A DNA stretch of 63,594 nt, filler included, from Collodictyon triciliatum (taxonomy: Eukaryota): assembly GCA_043381765.1 (NCBI GenBank). It is 5 parts of 5 records of this genome, joined end to end, with 100 filler letters (N's around TTAATTAATTAA, not from the genome) between each part and the next. Parts side by side here need not be neighbours in the genome. Positions count along the whole stretch, not along the records: positions 1 to 18,962 come from JBHJMP010000023.1; 4 more parts are not named here. One strand, 5' to 3'. The translations under genes and the position numbers were made by a program. Of this stretch, positions 1 through 13,971 are shown in pieces. The notes under the pieces were generated by a model. The model made no database searches. It saw nothing but the letters and a program-made list of their open reading frames with translations, and was not told the origin of the DNA. The stretch's first letter is position 1; every line of letters begins with the position of its first letter.

Positions 1-446
1 AAAAAATTTTGGCACATTATTCACACAACTCACGTTTTACGTTTTACGTTTTACAACTCACGTTTCACGTTTTACAATTTACACCTCGTAACGGAAAGTC
101 CAAATTTATTGTATAGATGTGTATGAAATGATTAATTTGGTATCAGTCAAAATACAGGCTGGCGAAGTATTAAATTATTATAAATTCCAAATTTGAGTGC
201 CCCCCCTTTAACGATACTACCACAGCCCCAACCCCATGCGAAAGAAGGGCGCGAGGGGCTTCACGCTTTTGATAACAATACAGATGGGTCTTAAAAGAAG
301 TTTGGAGTGTTTTTTATTTACTACAAATGAAAAAAGGAAATGGAAGGAACACGAGACACTTGGGATAGTGATAAAGAGGGCGCAGATAAAAATAAAGAGG
401 ATATTAAATATCGTGGGAGAAGAGAAGGAGCATATGTATCAGATAC

Positions 447-2480
447 TAGAGAACACCATGGAATGTGTTACTGTCCAGTGATGTGATGTTGTTTGGGGTT
501 GGAGCCCGCGACCTGCGAAAGAAGTTCCTGAATCCGGAGCCAATCTTGGAAACAGAAGACGAGCGAATAACCGTATCGTTGTTCACTATTGCAGACGAGC
601 CTGTAGGTAAGAGAAAAGACGGCAAACATTTACAATCAATTTGGGAGAGAATTTATATAGGACGGTTTCTCATGATTCAAGAGCATAGATTGTAAAACAG
701 CGATGAAGGGCAAAATGAACATGAGTAAAAAAAGAAACGAATTTAGGTGCATCGAAATCCTTTGTAGAAGTGAAAAGTGCTGACAAAGTGTTTTTCCCTT
801 GCTAGTAACATGGTAATGATTTTCTCCTGTTGTTTTACCTCCGGATGGTGGTGTCGGACAGGCCGGTGAGGGCGACCTGTTGATTGGTTTCAATGGGGCG
901 CGATGATTCCGGAGCTCCATGACAGAGTTCGTCCAATTGAGAGGCTCTCTGCAACCAGGACATGTCCCTAAACACGAACAGAACATGAGATTCATTCATA
1001 GTTAATTTATGTCCATGAGATGTTCCGAAGTTTTTTCTTCCATTTACTTATGTGTTCAATAATACAGAATATGTGGGATTCATATAACAGAACAAAGTCA
1101 CATACCATAATCCTCAATATCCTCCGGTCTTTTTGCAGCTACCGCAAACCATTTCTATTACATGAGATTATTCAACAAGTTCAGTTTAGATAAGACAACA
1201 TAAAAATAAAAGCGTATAAAAATCGACTGACTTGCAAGCAATGCGGATGGGCAATAGTAGTACATCGAGTACAAGTAATGCACTCATTCTACAGGGTTTA
1301 GCGATTAGATTAAAACTACAAATCCATTGATTGAAACAAATCTAAAAATCAATGATAGAATATTTCGATAATACCACAAGCTCATGGGTAATAATCATTC
1401 TGCATCGAGTCGTGAAAGGAGTTCAAAGATTTACTTTCTTGGCTACGTCTAGACATATTGCACAATTCCTTAGGTCAACTTCATAAGCAGGCGTTGCAGC
1501 AGGCTTCAGGCTCAACTTTGCCAGAATGGGTGGCAGAGGTAGGAGATTTTCATCGAAGGATTCGGGACAAAGCCGAGCTAGATGATCGACAAAACATAAT
1601 TTTATCACACATAACATTTAATACACTAGAAAAGTTTGTCCGTCGGAGAGATTGGGTCTAGAAGTGTTTATAAAATTTTTCATTTAACTTTATATTTTAT
1701 CATTTTCTCTAATTATTTTCATTTATTTCTATTATGATTTATGATTTATGATTTATGATTTATGATTTATGATTTATGATTTATGATTTATGATTTATGA
1801 TTTATGATTTATGATTTATGATTTATGATTTATGATTTATAATTTATGATTTGTCAATCTTATATCTCTCGCAAACAAGACATAAGAATCTATCAGGATC
1901 CAAACCATCATTTGTTTGGGGCTTCGACCGCGCAACTGGAGACGCTTCATTCGTTACGAGAAGTCTTCCCCGCAGCTGATATTGAGGCCGACTTGTGATG
2001 ACTGGAGCTACGGGTGTAACCGGAGAGTCTAGAGTCTGTGGTGAGGTCTTTCCCACGTGGACATTGAAAAAAGGATATTAACTTCCGCCCAAATAAATAA
2101 AATCCCCAAATAAGTTTTAACGAGTCATAGACAAAGCCAAAAAGCTTCTCTTCCTTTTGCGCCGTCTCTTGCCTTTCATGTATATGAACAAATCAAAAGA
2201 CGACTTTGTTCTTCAATGTAAATAAACCCGACGGCAAGACAGTATCTCACGTATTGGAATGTACTATTATTACCGCGGAAGTTGGACTAAGAACTTTGCT
2301 GCGTGCTGAGGATCCGGCTGACGGAGTTGAAGGTGGCTGCGGGGCAAAAGGACCGCATGAGGCTGGGCGAACGGGCGCCTCGTTGTACTTGTTGGGCGAG
2401 GCATTTCGTCCAAGGACCGAGCGCACAAAGCCGCGAGTGGGCGCAGTGGGGCTTGGCGGAGTTGCAGGGTGTGTGGACAT
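447..2480 (-). CDS. Multi-exon Pro/Ser-rich protein with a C4HC3 RING/PHD-type zinc finger resembling the SLX1 C-terminal RING
   Basis: Manual splicing joins CAICLDVAKK | NECITCTRCTTIAHPHCLQ | KWFAVAAKRPEDIEDY | ..GTCPGCREPLNW, giving CxxC..CxxC..HxxC..CPxC..W. N-terminal exons are low-complexity (MSTHPATPPSP...). Last exon ends ..NTFHGVL* near 447. One internal junction (about 1570-1880) is not resolved. Confidence 0.6.
1732..1851. repeat. (TTTATGA)n microsatellite, intronic
   Basis: Near-perfect 7-mer tandem array seen directly. Confidence 0.95.
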
Positions 2481-4018
2481 GGACTTGCTCGCAAGCTACT
2501 GTGTGATAGTGTGATACTTAAGATATATGATCTTGTTTAAATCTTTTTTGAACCTTTCGGGTGGTTTTTGTTTTTTTTAATTTTGAACCCCCTTCAATTG
2601 ACTCATCATTCCTCCATTTTTTCCCTTTATTTTTCTCATAGGTTATGCGTTCTGTTCGGTCATGTTTGCTCATATGTACGGTGCAGTTCTTTGGTATTGC
2701 TTCAACATTGCGACGAACTTGCCCTTGGCATCGCTGCCTAGGGATCTGTGAATCTCAACGCGAAGCAAAGCTGTGTGTTGATTCGTGGCGGTGAAGAATG
2801 GGTGGCTGTTTGAATTTTTGAATTTTCAAAATTTGTAATGGTTATGGTATGATTCAACAGATTATCGTAAATGGTATCTATAAGCGCTGGTTTTCTTTGC
2901 GCCCTCTGCTTGACTCGCCATTGTGTGCGCGTGGGGATTCGATTGCCTCCAACACGCCTTTTTTTTGTGCGTTAGCACAAATACTCAGTGAGATAGCTTT
3001 TGATAAGTCACAAAAAGTCTAATTAATCATAATGAAAACGGTTGTTTGATGGCATGCATTACTGTCCTTGTTCGTAGAACGTTTTGCCTGCGCGTCGGAA
3101 GAAGCAGAGAAGATACTTGGCCACCATCATCATTGAAAATGCATGTTCCTCTTATTATAACAAAGTCATCATCTACCATCCATCACAGGCCATGCAAACT
3201 ACAGCGTGTGTGCCTTGTAATTCTTCACTGAATAAGCCACTCAAAGCACACTCGGGAAGGAAAAAGTAAGGCACTGCAAGACCAGGATATTGTTCATGAC
3301 TCGTTTGACGAACGACGTAAAGAAAAGATGTGTAATCAGACAGAAAAGCTCGCACGGGGCGTTACCGCCGGTGACTAGCCATTAGGAGATACGTGCGCTT
3401 TTGATGTGTGAAGGAAACCACGGACATCATGTTGTCTTGTCTTTGGATGCGATTGAAAGGATTACATTCGCAGTAGACTTAATACTAAGCGCAATCGCCC
3501 ATACACATCCAATTCCGCAGTCATTTCCCATCAAGCCACATCACACGATCATTTCTCGACACTCATTCGCCAATGATAGAAACGAATATAATTTGCCTTT
3601 CCGTTTCGCTTTTCCTTCTTATTTTCTTACCGTTTATTATTGTGCGTGAAGTTGTATGGGCGCCAAAAGAGTGAGAGAAAAACGGAGGAAAATATGCAGT
3701 CTTTTTTATCATGGAGCCGATCGTCTTTTGGAGGCATTTGGTGGATGTGAGCTGGATTCTGTTCGTGTCACAGAGCAAACCAGTGAAAGCATATGATCGC
3801 AAAGGAAAGAAGAAAAAAAAAGGAAAACAAAAAGAAAGGAGCTTTGATAATGAATAGTAGTGAAATGAAAAGGGAAACTCTACTTGAAAAGGAAAAAAAA
3901 AAACAACGATCGAAGTGTCGTTTGAGATAGTCAATAGACTTGAGATAAATAGATATGTAGTTTCCTACTGGGATACATTTTATGTTCATATGTTGTATTC
4001 TTGTAGAGAAGTGAAGAA

Positions 4019-7000
4019 ATGAGAGTCGTCAATGGCATGGCTGAGGCTGAGCTGATGAAGATCGAGGAGCTTCAAAAGACTTTAGAGGTGAGGCTGCCTT
4101 TTCTGCCACTTCATCCCTTTTAATTGGTTCAGACAGCTTCGTAACTAAGCTTTCCTTTCACTTGGAGGCTCTATTGGCCCACGAGCATTTGTTTTTCATA
4201 AGTATTTCTCTATGTTCAGATTTAGTTGGTTATTCATAGAATCATCATCCTTCAATTAACTTCCTTGAAATATTTTTTATTATTTTTATTTCTATTTCTA
4301 TTATTATTATTATTGTTGTTGTTGTTTTAATTTTGTTATCATTATGCATCATTTATTTTGCTTCTGTTGTATAAACTGAATAGAATTGATGCACAATATC
4401 CTTATATGAAACCTGTTTTGTCCACCTTTCGCTCATAAAAATGAAAATTAGTTTGCAGTTAATATGACATCAGTATAAACTAAATCACTGGCATTCTGAT
4501 TCTAATACATTTCCCTAGACTCTACAGGCTATGTATGCAAACGGATACAGCAAAGACCCCCGATTCACTCTCTTATTACAACTTTACCACCACCATGTAA
4601 GTTTGGTTGTGTTTCATATAACCTTAGTTCGTGTGCATCCCAAACTTTCTGAGGCAATAATATCCTTAATCGATGTATATAGGCTCGCAGGTTGCATATT
4701 GTGAACGAAGTCCAGGCAATAGAACCTAAAGCCCACTTGAGTCGACAACAAGAGGCCATGCTTCGGTCTCAGATTCAGGCCTTCCAACACATATCTCGAA
4801 ATATACCCGTGCCCGAGCACCTTTTATACAAATCGACACCATCTGTACTCTTTCTTTTTTGATTGCTACCATTTTATGCATACCTCGATTGGGTCACATT
4901 TTCAATTTTAATCAACTTTATATATCTCTTTTTCGATGGGAAGGTTACAAAAAGGTTTCATAATAAATTAACTATATATTTTTGAATCTTCAGTCAAACG
5001 TGTATTCATTCATTCCGTTATGGTTGTCGTTTCCTCCCAACTCGGAATGCTTCATCGACAGCAAGCAAAATGGACAGCCAAAAGAGCTCGACAAAATTCA
5101 CAAGCGAGACCAGAGAATCAACGAAAGAATGCGAAGTCGTTCAGTAGAGCTTTCAGGTTTTTTTTAAAAAAAAAATTCAAGTAATTTTAGTGTTTAAAAG
5201 TATAAGAAAACGTAAAGTCACGTTATTTTGAATTCATACGAATGTAATAGTGGGATGATTGTCTGCTATTTAATTGAAAAATGCCTTCCAAAACAAAATA
5301 TTTTCCTTTTTTTTTTTTGAGTATGTACATTCTACTCATTTCTAATAAAAAAAAACCATGTCATATAATATAGAGATTAACTCATTATTCCCTCCTGACC
5401 CTGAGGATGATGACGAGATTGTTATGAAGACAGATTCATTAGTTGAGTGGAGAAAGCTGCAGGTAAATGAATTTCCACACACAACTCAATCAAATATTGT
5501 TGTCATATAAAACTTCCATCAAATAGCGATACGAATGTAATATGTTACATGTGCTTATTGAATGAATGAATAGCTCATCGAAAGACAGAGAATGCTTCGA
5601 AGAGAAATGCTTGCTATTCACCAGAAATTAAAAGAATCTCCTGAACAACGATTTGATTATTCGTATCCACTAAGACACAGGAGACTGGTAGTTCATCATC
5701 ATCATTTTTTATTTTTTTTTAGCTATTTGTAATTCCATACAATGTCATTTTTTTCCAAAAAAAAAAAAACATATGTCCATGACTCATTTAATGTGTAAAC
5801 AAATATTTCTTCTTTTCCTTCATTTGTTCTGATATTGGGATTATGTCCTGTAGAGCGGTCCTGGTAACTATACGGTGCAGCATATCGAAGCTCAGAGCCG
5901 CAAAGTGAATGAACACAGCCGGAAGGCCACCTTCAAGAAATTCCTTACTACGCTCACCCATCACCAATCAAACTTCATGCTGTTCGCCAAGAATATTTCT
6001 ACGTTGCGAAGGAAATTAAACCAGTCTGTTTCGATGTACTTCAAAAACAAAGAAAGAGCAGAGCTAGCTGCCCAGGAAAGAGCCCAAAAAGAGCGCATGC
6101 GATTATTGAGGGTAAGTCTCGAAAGAAAATAATACGTGTTGTTTGAATCCGTCACTCTGTCATAAAAAAGGAGATGACTAGGTCGCTGTTCATCATCAGT
6201 CGATGTAGAAGAATCAAATAGCTGACTGTTTTCATGTTATATTTCATAGGAAAATGACGTGGATGCATATATGAAATTGGTGAAGGAAACAAAGAATGAA
6301 CGTCTGTTGCATCTTCTTCGTCAGACTGATGATTGTTTACAAAAGCTTGGAGCTAAAGTCCAACTTCAGCGTGCTGGAACAAATGTTTGCTATGATTCCT
6401 TTTGATAATTCTTCTTTAGTTCAGTTAGTAAGAGAGGGAAAATGTCTCATATATGACTCAATTCTAGGAAAACGATGAGTTGGGAGACTTATCGAAGCCA
6501 GACGGGTAATAAATATAATTATGAAATACGTATTGAGGCAATTGTGCCTAATTCAACCTCCTTTTTTTTAAAAAAAAATACTATCAAAAAATACTTTGTA
6601 CCTTTGTTATATATATATGACATATTTTCTAAGGCACATTTTACTAATGGTATCCCTTCATGAATATAATCTTTTCTTTCTTTTTTCTTAAAAAAGGAAC
6701 TGGGATGGAGAAAATACTGAACGTGAACTTGATGAAATGGTGAAAACGAAATCGCAATACTACGTCCTGGCACACGCCATTCAAGAAACTATCACCGAGC
6801 AGCCTCCAAGTCTTACCGGTGGAAAACTCATGAATTTTCAGGTTTAAATAAATTTTCAACAATCTCCCAATAACGTTATCATTTATGTCTTGTACTTATT
6901 CAAAATGTAACAATATATCAACCCAATAGCTCGTTGGTCTTCAGTGGCTTGTATCTCTCTTCAACAACAACCTAAATGGTATTTTGGCCGATGAGATGGG

Positions 7001-10000
7001 ATTGGGGAAAACCGTTCAGGTATCTATCTCTAATATTTATATTTACTTCACAATACATAATATTCATATGGTTGCGAGATTTAACACACATATATGCACT
7101 AATTCTGATGTGATTTATAACACAGACTGTATCACTGATTACGCACCTGATGGACTTTAAAGGGGTTAAAGGACCGCATATTATCGTTGTCCCTTTGACG
7201 TAGTCATTTATCTCGTTTGGAAAAAAAAAAGCATAACAGCATCATTCCTTCATACCACCCCCTTGAAATATCGAAGCTTGATTTTCCTCTTAATTTTCCT
7301 CTTGATTTTTTTAAATGATTTCCCCTAGAACCTTGACCAATTGGAAAAATGAGTTTGCGAAATGGGCGCCCTCCATCAAAACAGTCTGAATTTTTACATG
7401 TCACACACCAATTCATACTTTGATAAATATTGTAGGCTTGAGAAACATGGGACCAATATGATTTTATTGACCCGATGAAATGTTTTATGTAGATTTCATA
7501 TGTTGGAAATCAACACGAAAGGCAATCCATGCACCATACTATCATGGAGGGGAAATTCAACGTGCTTCTGACATCGTTCCAGTAAATATGGCTAGCCTTC
7601 ATGCATCACCCACGATTCCTACGAATGAATAGCATTTTACATATTTTATTAAACACGTGCATATTTATACTTTTTTTTTGGTAGATTTGCCTTGCAAGAT
7701 AAGAGCAAATTGAGGAAAGTTGCATGGAACTATTTGATTGTTGACGAAGGACATAGGTTTTAAATGTTTTATTTTACTTTGGGTTACATTCGCGTGAATT
7801 CACAAAGTTCTTTTGAGAAAAAAAGAATTTTTTGTTATCACTAACTTTAATTATGGAAAACAGGCTTAAGAACCACAATAGCAAACTATCTATGGCACTA
7901 AGCAAAGAGTTCAACACGAAGCACAGACTTATTCTCACAGGCACGCCACTGCAGGTTTGGATACACATACTGTGATAGATATCTTTCTCAGTAATTTAAA
8001 GGTCATAATTGCCTAGCGATATCCACATATTTATTCTCTATTTGTTTATTAAAATCCCTCCATTCATGACAGAATGACATGGGTGAACTATGGTCACTTT
8101 TGAATTTCCTTCTTCCAAATATATTTCAATCTTCAGATAGCTTCGAAGAATGGTTCGAAAGATATATACATCTACAAAGATTCGTATCTATACCTATGTC
8201 GATGGATATTTCAAATGAATTTTATGGTTCGACTTGTTGCTACCTAGCAAGACCTTGAGCTTACAACTATACTAATCGATTTCTCGCTCGATTCATTCAG
8301 GTTCAATGCCCCATTCCAAAGAGTCTCTAATCAAGCTGTCCAAATGGATGAGGAAGAAATATTCTTGGTTATCAACCGTCTTCATCAGGTTTAATGCTGT
8401 AATATGATAAATGGAAAATGTAAAAATATCCTAAAATAAATGTTAATGCCTAAAATTTGGTGAAGATAAACACCAAAGCCTCATCTGTTCAATTATTTTT
8501 TTTTTTAAAAAAAAATGGACTACAAAAGCTATGTCAAAATATGTCAATTGGTGTTAACCCAACTCCTTTCTATAGGTATTGAGACCCTTTTTGCTGCGCC
8601 GCTTAAAGACAGATGTAGAAAATGACCTTCCTGAGAAGTTTGAAGAAGTGCTGAAGGTAATAATGATATTGAGAGTAATAAAAGAATAACCTTATGCATG
8701 TTTTAAATAAATGACACATTACCCTCTTTTGTAGGCAAGAAATAGTAATATGTTGAATGAGAATAAAGATAAATTAAATTAAAACCACATATATTTTCGT
8801 CCTGGGATTAGTGCGAGATTTCGGGGTGGCAAAAGTTTCTTTATTCCCAAATACAATCAAAGAATATGAAAGTCTACGACGAGGACACAGGGTAATATTA
8901 TAGAGACAGCATAAAAATATGTCTTAATGAAAAAATTAATACGAGATGATATGGAATACGATTTTACAAATATCTGTTCTAAATACGGGGAGCACAACAT
9001 AGTGATATAGTTGACTTTATCTACTGCTCACTTGAAAATTATCTTAATTTATGTTGTATATTGCTTTTTAGAAAAATGAGGATGGCAAACCTGATGAACA
9101 CACTGATGCAGCTCAGAAAAGTGTGCAATCATCCTTATCTTTTTTACGAACAAGAGGATGATGTTACGGATGAGATTTACCGATGCTCTGGAAAGTTTGA
9201 GTTACTCGATCGGATTCTAACCAAAATGAAAGCAACGGGTCATAGAGTGAGTAAATTTGTCAGATTTTTACTCTAATTTAAAATTGCATAGTTTAAATTT
9301 TTGCCTTTTCTTTGGATATTGCTGGGTATATCTATTTGGAGTTCATGCGTCCAGGGTCGTAATCTAAACATTTTCTTATAAGGTCTTGATTTTCAATCAA
9401 ATGAAACTGGTAATGGATGTTATGTGCCGCTATCTGGAATGGAAAGGTATATACTTAAATAAAGTTTTTTTTCTCTTGTCTATTCCTTTTAATGATTGCA
9501 TAATATGAATTACAATTTTTTTTTATCAAAGTATCAAGAATTTTGTGATTTTATGATGTTAACAAGCTTATCTTCATTATGAATGAAAGGATATACATAC
9601 CTGAGACTCGATGGCGGGACAAAGTCGGAAGACCGCGGACAACTTCTTGCCGATTTCAACGCAAAAGACTCCCCTTACTTTATATTCGTACTGTCCACTC
9701 GAGCGGGTGGGCTTGGGTTGAATCTCCAAACGGCAGATACAGTTATCATGTTTGATAGTGATTGGTGAGCTACTTTTAAATAAAAATAATTACAAAAGGA
9801 AAAAAAAAAAGAAGAGGAAACTAACATGAAATATATATCATTTGTCTTCCTTACCTCCATTCCTCATTTGTCTCATTTTTTTTCTTCCTCTAATATAATT
9901 TCACGATTGGTATAATTACAATGACAGGAATCCTCAGATGGACCTACAAGCCCAAGCAAGAGCTCATCGACTCGGACAAAAGAAAAAAGTACAATATCAT

Positions 10001-13000
10001 TTCTTTCCTCTTTTTTTCTCCCATTTATTGAATCAATCATATGTTAGTTTGATACAAAGTATACCCTTTTTTCGCTGAAGAATTTTTTTAATATCCATGA
10101 CTTATTTTGCTTTTCTTTTCTGACTCGCCATGTAGGTGCATATATATCGTCTTGTGACAGCCACGCCGGTGGAACAGGAAATCGTCGATCGCGCCACCTA
10201 CAAGCTGGCGATTGATGCTAAAGTGATTCAAGCGGGCATGTTCAACGATAACTCAAGGGAACACGACAGACAGCAAATGCTGGTAATATTCCCTTATTTC
10301 GGCGATGCATTTGGTGCATATATTGTGTTTGAAATATCTGTCCTACTGACCAAATAACCCATAATGCCTGTAATTTCATGTGTATGCTTTTAGAAACGAA
10401 ATGGTTTTTGTCCTTACCGAGATGTTATATTTTCATCTTAATCTTTAAAATTAGCGTTCCATCATTAAAGCTACGGAGGAGTCGGTCCAAAAAGTGAAAA
10501 TCCCAACTAGACAAGAAATCAATCGGTATGTCGACGAAATAAGTGAATAGTTCATATTAGATAAATTTAAAGAGAGGTTGCCTGTCTACAGACTTGTCTG
10601 AAAGAATCACAGTGCTGGCAGTATTGTCCAAAAATGTGGCCTTCCTTATTTGAATATTGCCTCATATTTAAACGCTTTATTATGCTTCCCAAATTACCCC
10701 TCTAGAAAAATAGCCCGGAGCGATGAGGAATATGATATTTTTGAGAAAATTGATGCAGAAATCGAAAGAGAATTCAAAGAAAAATGGATAGCAGAAGGAG
10801 GAAACCCCAAATCTGTACCCCCTCGGTATGATGTTATTTTTTCTTTTTCGTTTTTCCCTTTTTGTCTTTGTCTTTGTCTTTGTCTTTGTCTTTGTCTTTG
10901 TCTTTGTCTTTGTCTTTGTCTTTGTCTTTGTCTTTGTCTTTGTCTTTGTCTTTGTCTTTNNNNNNNNNNNNNNNNNNNNNNNNNNNNNNNNNNNNNNNNN
11001 NNNNNNNNNNNNNNNNNNNNNNNNNNNNNNNNNNNNNNNNNNNNNNNNNNNNNNNNNNNAATTTATTTTGAATTTAAATATTTCGACATGTTTTCAGAAT
11101 TCACTTAATTATTCGCAATTTTCTCCATAGATTGATGTCTGAAGATGACATTCCCGATTGGATTGTAAGAACAGAGGCCGATGCAGAAGAAGATGAAGTA
11201 AAAGAGCAGTTTATCCCGAAAGGAAGAGGCTGCCGCCAGAAACAAAGCGTTCGTTACAATGATAATCTAACAGACCGTGAATGGACATTGGTAGTTATTT
11301 ATTCATCTCCTCTTATCTGCCACTATCTTTTAGTTTAGTTTAGTTTAGTTTAGTTTAGTATAGTTTAGTTTAGTTTAGTTTAGTTTAGTTTAGTTTAGTT
11401 TAGTTTAGTTTAGTTTAGTTTAGTTTAGTTTAGTTTAGTTTAGTTTAGTTTAGTTTAGTTTAGTTTATACATTTATAAACACGAATAGCTTCTCGACAAC
11501 GGCGCGAACGCAGAAGATATTGAAAAAAGACGAAGTCAAAAAGAATTGCAGATGAGCAAAAGGAAAGAAAAGAGTGAGCAGAGAAGAAAACAAATATCTA
11601 CAAACAAGGACAGCGGCCAAAGCGGCAGCGAGAACGAAAATGAAAACGAAAACGAGCAGTCCAGCAGCGAGGGTATGCAAGCTGTAAGCACCCCCATCAA
11701 TACCAAGAGTGAGACCGAGACAAAAACATCGAGCGCAAAATCAACAAAGATTATCATAAAAACGAAGGTAGTAATTCAGTTCTCCCCTTGTAGTATATTT
11801 CACATTACTGGCCAACCATTCATACCGCATTAAAAAAATATCGATAAATGATATAAAGGCAGCCACGTCCGGAACATCAACATCAAATGTAAAAGAGGAA
11901 GCCCCCGTGGCTACACCGCAATCAAAGATCAAAGTCAAAAAATCAGGTATCATTACAGTTTCAAGCGATGGTAAATATCAAAGGACAATACTTCAAGATT
12001 TATGACGGCATTTTCTTTCATCAATTTATTATTGTTTACATCAAATTTGTGAGCTGTGGTATAGTTATTTGTGCTTAAAGAGAGAGTTATTCATTTACTC
12101 AAGCAGAACAAAAACCGCTGCCTGCAACAAACGGGCTTAGCGAAAGACTTCTTGAGGTTATAAAAACAGTACAATCATGGAGACATCACCGAACTAGCGC
12201 ACTCTTGACGTAATTTTATTTGGCATATTCTCTTTATATGCGCAACGCATCTCCATACCTGTTTGGTTCCATGCTCTCGACGGTCAAGTCGATTGTATCA
12301 GTTTAGATTTGGAACCAATACCTTTCAAACGTCATATAGAAAATACTTTATCGAATTGCCTGACGCAGAGGAATATCCCGAGTATTATGATGAAATCAAA
12401 AATCCAATATGTATATCAGAAATCAGGGTAATTTAAACCCCTCAGTTTGTGAGAAACTGCCAAGAAAGAGAAATATGGCCAAAAATAATAACTATAGTGA
12501 TAATATTTTCATGCTTTAGCTTATGAACTGTATCATAGACAAACAAAACATAACAAAACGAACAAACTATTAGGGAAAAATCGAGGGTAATAGATACAAA
12601 ACAGTGGATGAATTCAAATCAGATTTCCATTTATTGTGCGAAAATGCCAAAACATTTAACCAGACAGGCTCGACCATATATGAAGCTGCGGTAGTCATGA
12701 AGGTAAATAATTTAAACCTGCAAAGGTGGCAATATGACAATCTCACATCTAAGCTCTAGGTCAACATAGTAATCATATTACAAGGTTTCAGGGTTTAATT
12801 TTTTGTTTGAATCAAATATTCAATATATATTAAAATGATGGCTTTATTATACTAACAGCGCAAGATTGGTGAGCTTTTGGATGACAACGAAACTGTCTCG
12901 GCAGAGCAAACACAACAGAACAACGCAGTAACCAACTCAGCCACCCCGAATCCTATAGCAAAAGTAGCAAAAGAAGTCGTGACCGACACAATGTCTCCTG

Positions 13001-13514
13001 TGCCAAAAAGGCAGAAATCAAAACAAGAAACACCGTCATCTTCGCGGAGGGCCTCTCGGACTGAGTTGAAAGATGGGCCACGTGAAAGTGAATGCCAATT
13101 TGAACATATAACATATTATAGGGAGAAAACCAAAGTCTTGTGCAGCTAACATATGATCAGTTTGTGACTTTCTCTGCTTTATTTTTTTAAAGAAAAAAAA
13201 AAAGGAAAAGAAAAAAGGTTAAAGGTAACCGAGATACCAATCAAACGAATGCGATATCCTTAATTATGAGTCACTCTTTTATTTACACATAATCATCAGG
13301 TCAAAAGGTTGAGGAGGAAAATGAAGATTCCATCGCAGATGAAGTAGATGAGGCCCAATCGGCGAAAAAAGTCAAAACCCCTTCAAGAAAGTCCGCAAAG
13401 AAACCCACGAACGCCGAGACTCCCGATTCCATACCACCCCCTGCTGAAACCGCTGAAACTCCATCAAACTCGAGTGAGAAACGCAAGCGAAAGCGCCCCG
13501 TTATTTACTCATAA
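4019..13514 (+). CDS. SNF2: SWI/SNF catalytic ATPase (SNF2/BRM/BRG1, SMARCA2/4 type): QLQ, HSA, SNF2 ATPase, helicase C, SnAC, bromodomain; about 30+ exons
   Basis: Spliced motifs: QLQ ([26 protein letters not shown]); HSA ([19 protein letters not shown]); [102 protein letters not shown]; SnAC ([21 protein letters not shown]); bromodomain ([27 protein letters not shown]). Stop TAA at 13512-13514. A further 5' coding exon from ATG 3711 is possible. Confidence 0.96.
10859..10959. repeat. (TTTGTC)n microsatellite running into an N gap, intronic
   Basis: Tandem 6-mer seen directly. Confidence 0.95.
11328..11467. repeat. (TTTAG)n microsatellite, intronic
   Basis: Tandem 5-mer seen directly. Confidence 0.95.
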
Positions 13515-13971
13515 GCATAAAAACAAAAAATCGTCTACAACGAAAATAAATCGGCACGCTCTCTCAAAATTTTTGCATAGTTTTTCTTCCATTTCTTATT
13601 CAACCCAATATACTTTTATCATTACAATCTCTCAAACATTCCAATCCAACAGAGAGACTTAGCAATATAATTTGGGAGCTTCAACTTGCTGGGTAACCTT
13701 TGATTACAGAGAGCAGAGAGGAAACAAATGTCTATTAGGCTCCATTTTTTTTTCTTTTACCGATTGATAAGAGCAACACTAGGTAGCGATATACATATTT
13801 ATTTCAGGGTGATGGAGTTGGTAGCCAATATATAGCAGGAGGCTCATCCACTCAAGATTATTGTTCGTCAGACAGGCAGTCCTAATCTACTGACATGTCT
13901 CTGATTATTTATTTTTATTTATTCGTCCTTTTAATTTTTTGCAGGATGGTGGAGATGTTGGCTTCGGTTCG

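Noticed and set aside
3104..3122. CAGAGAAGAT resembling the U6 snRNA core
   Set aside because: The match ends after about 10 nt and no other U6 elements are present.
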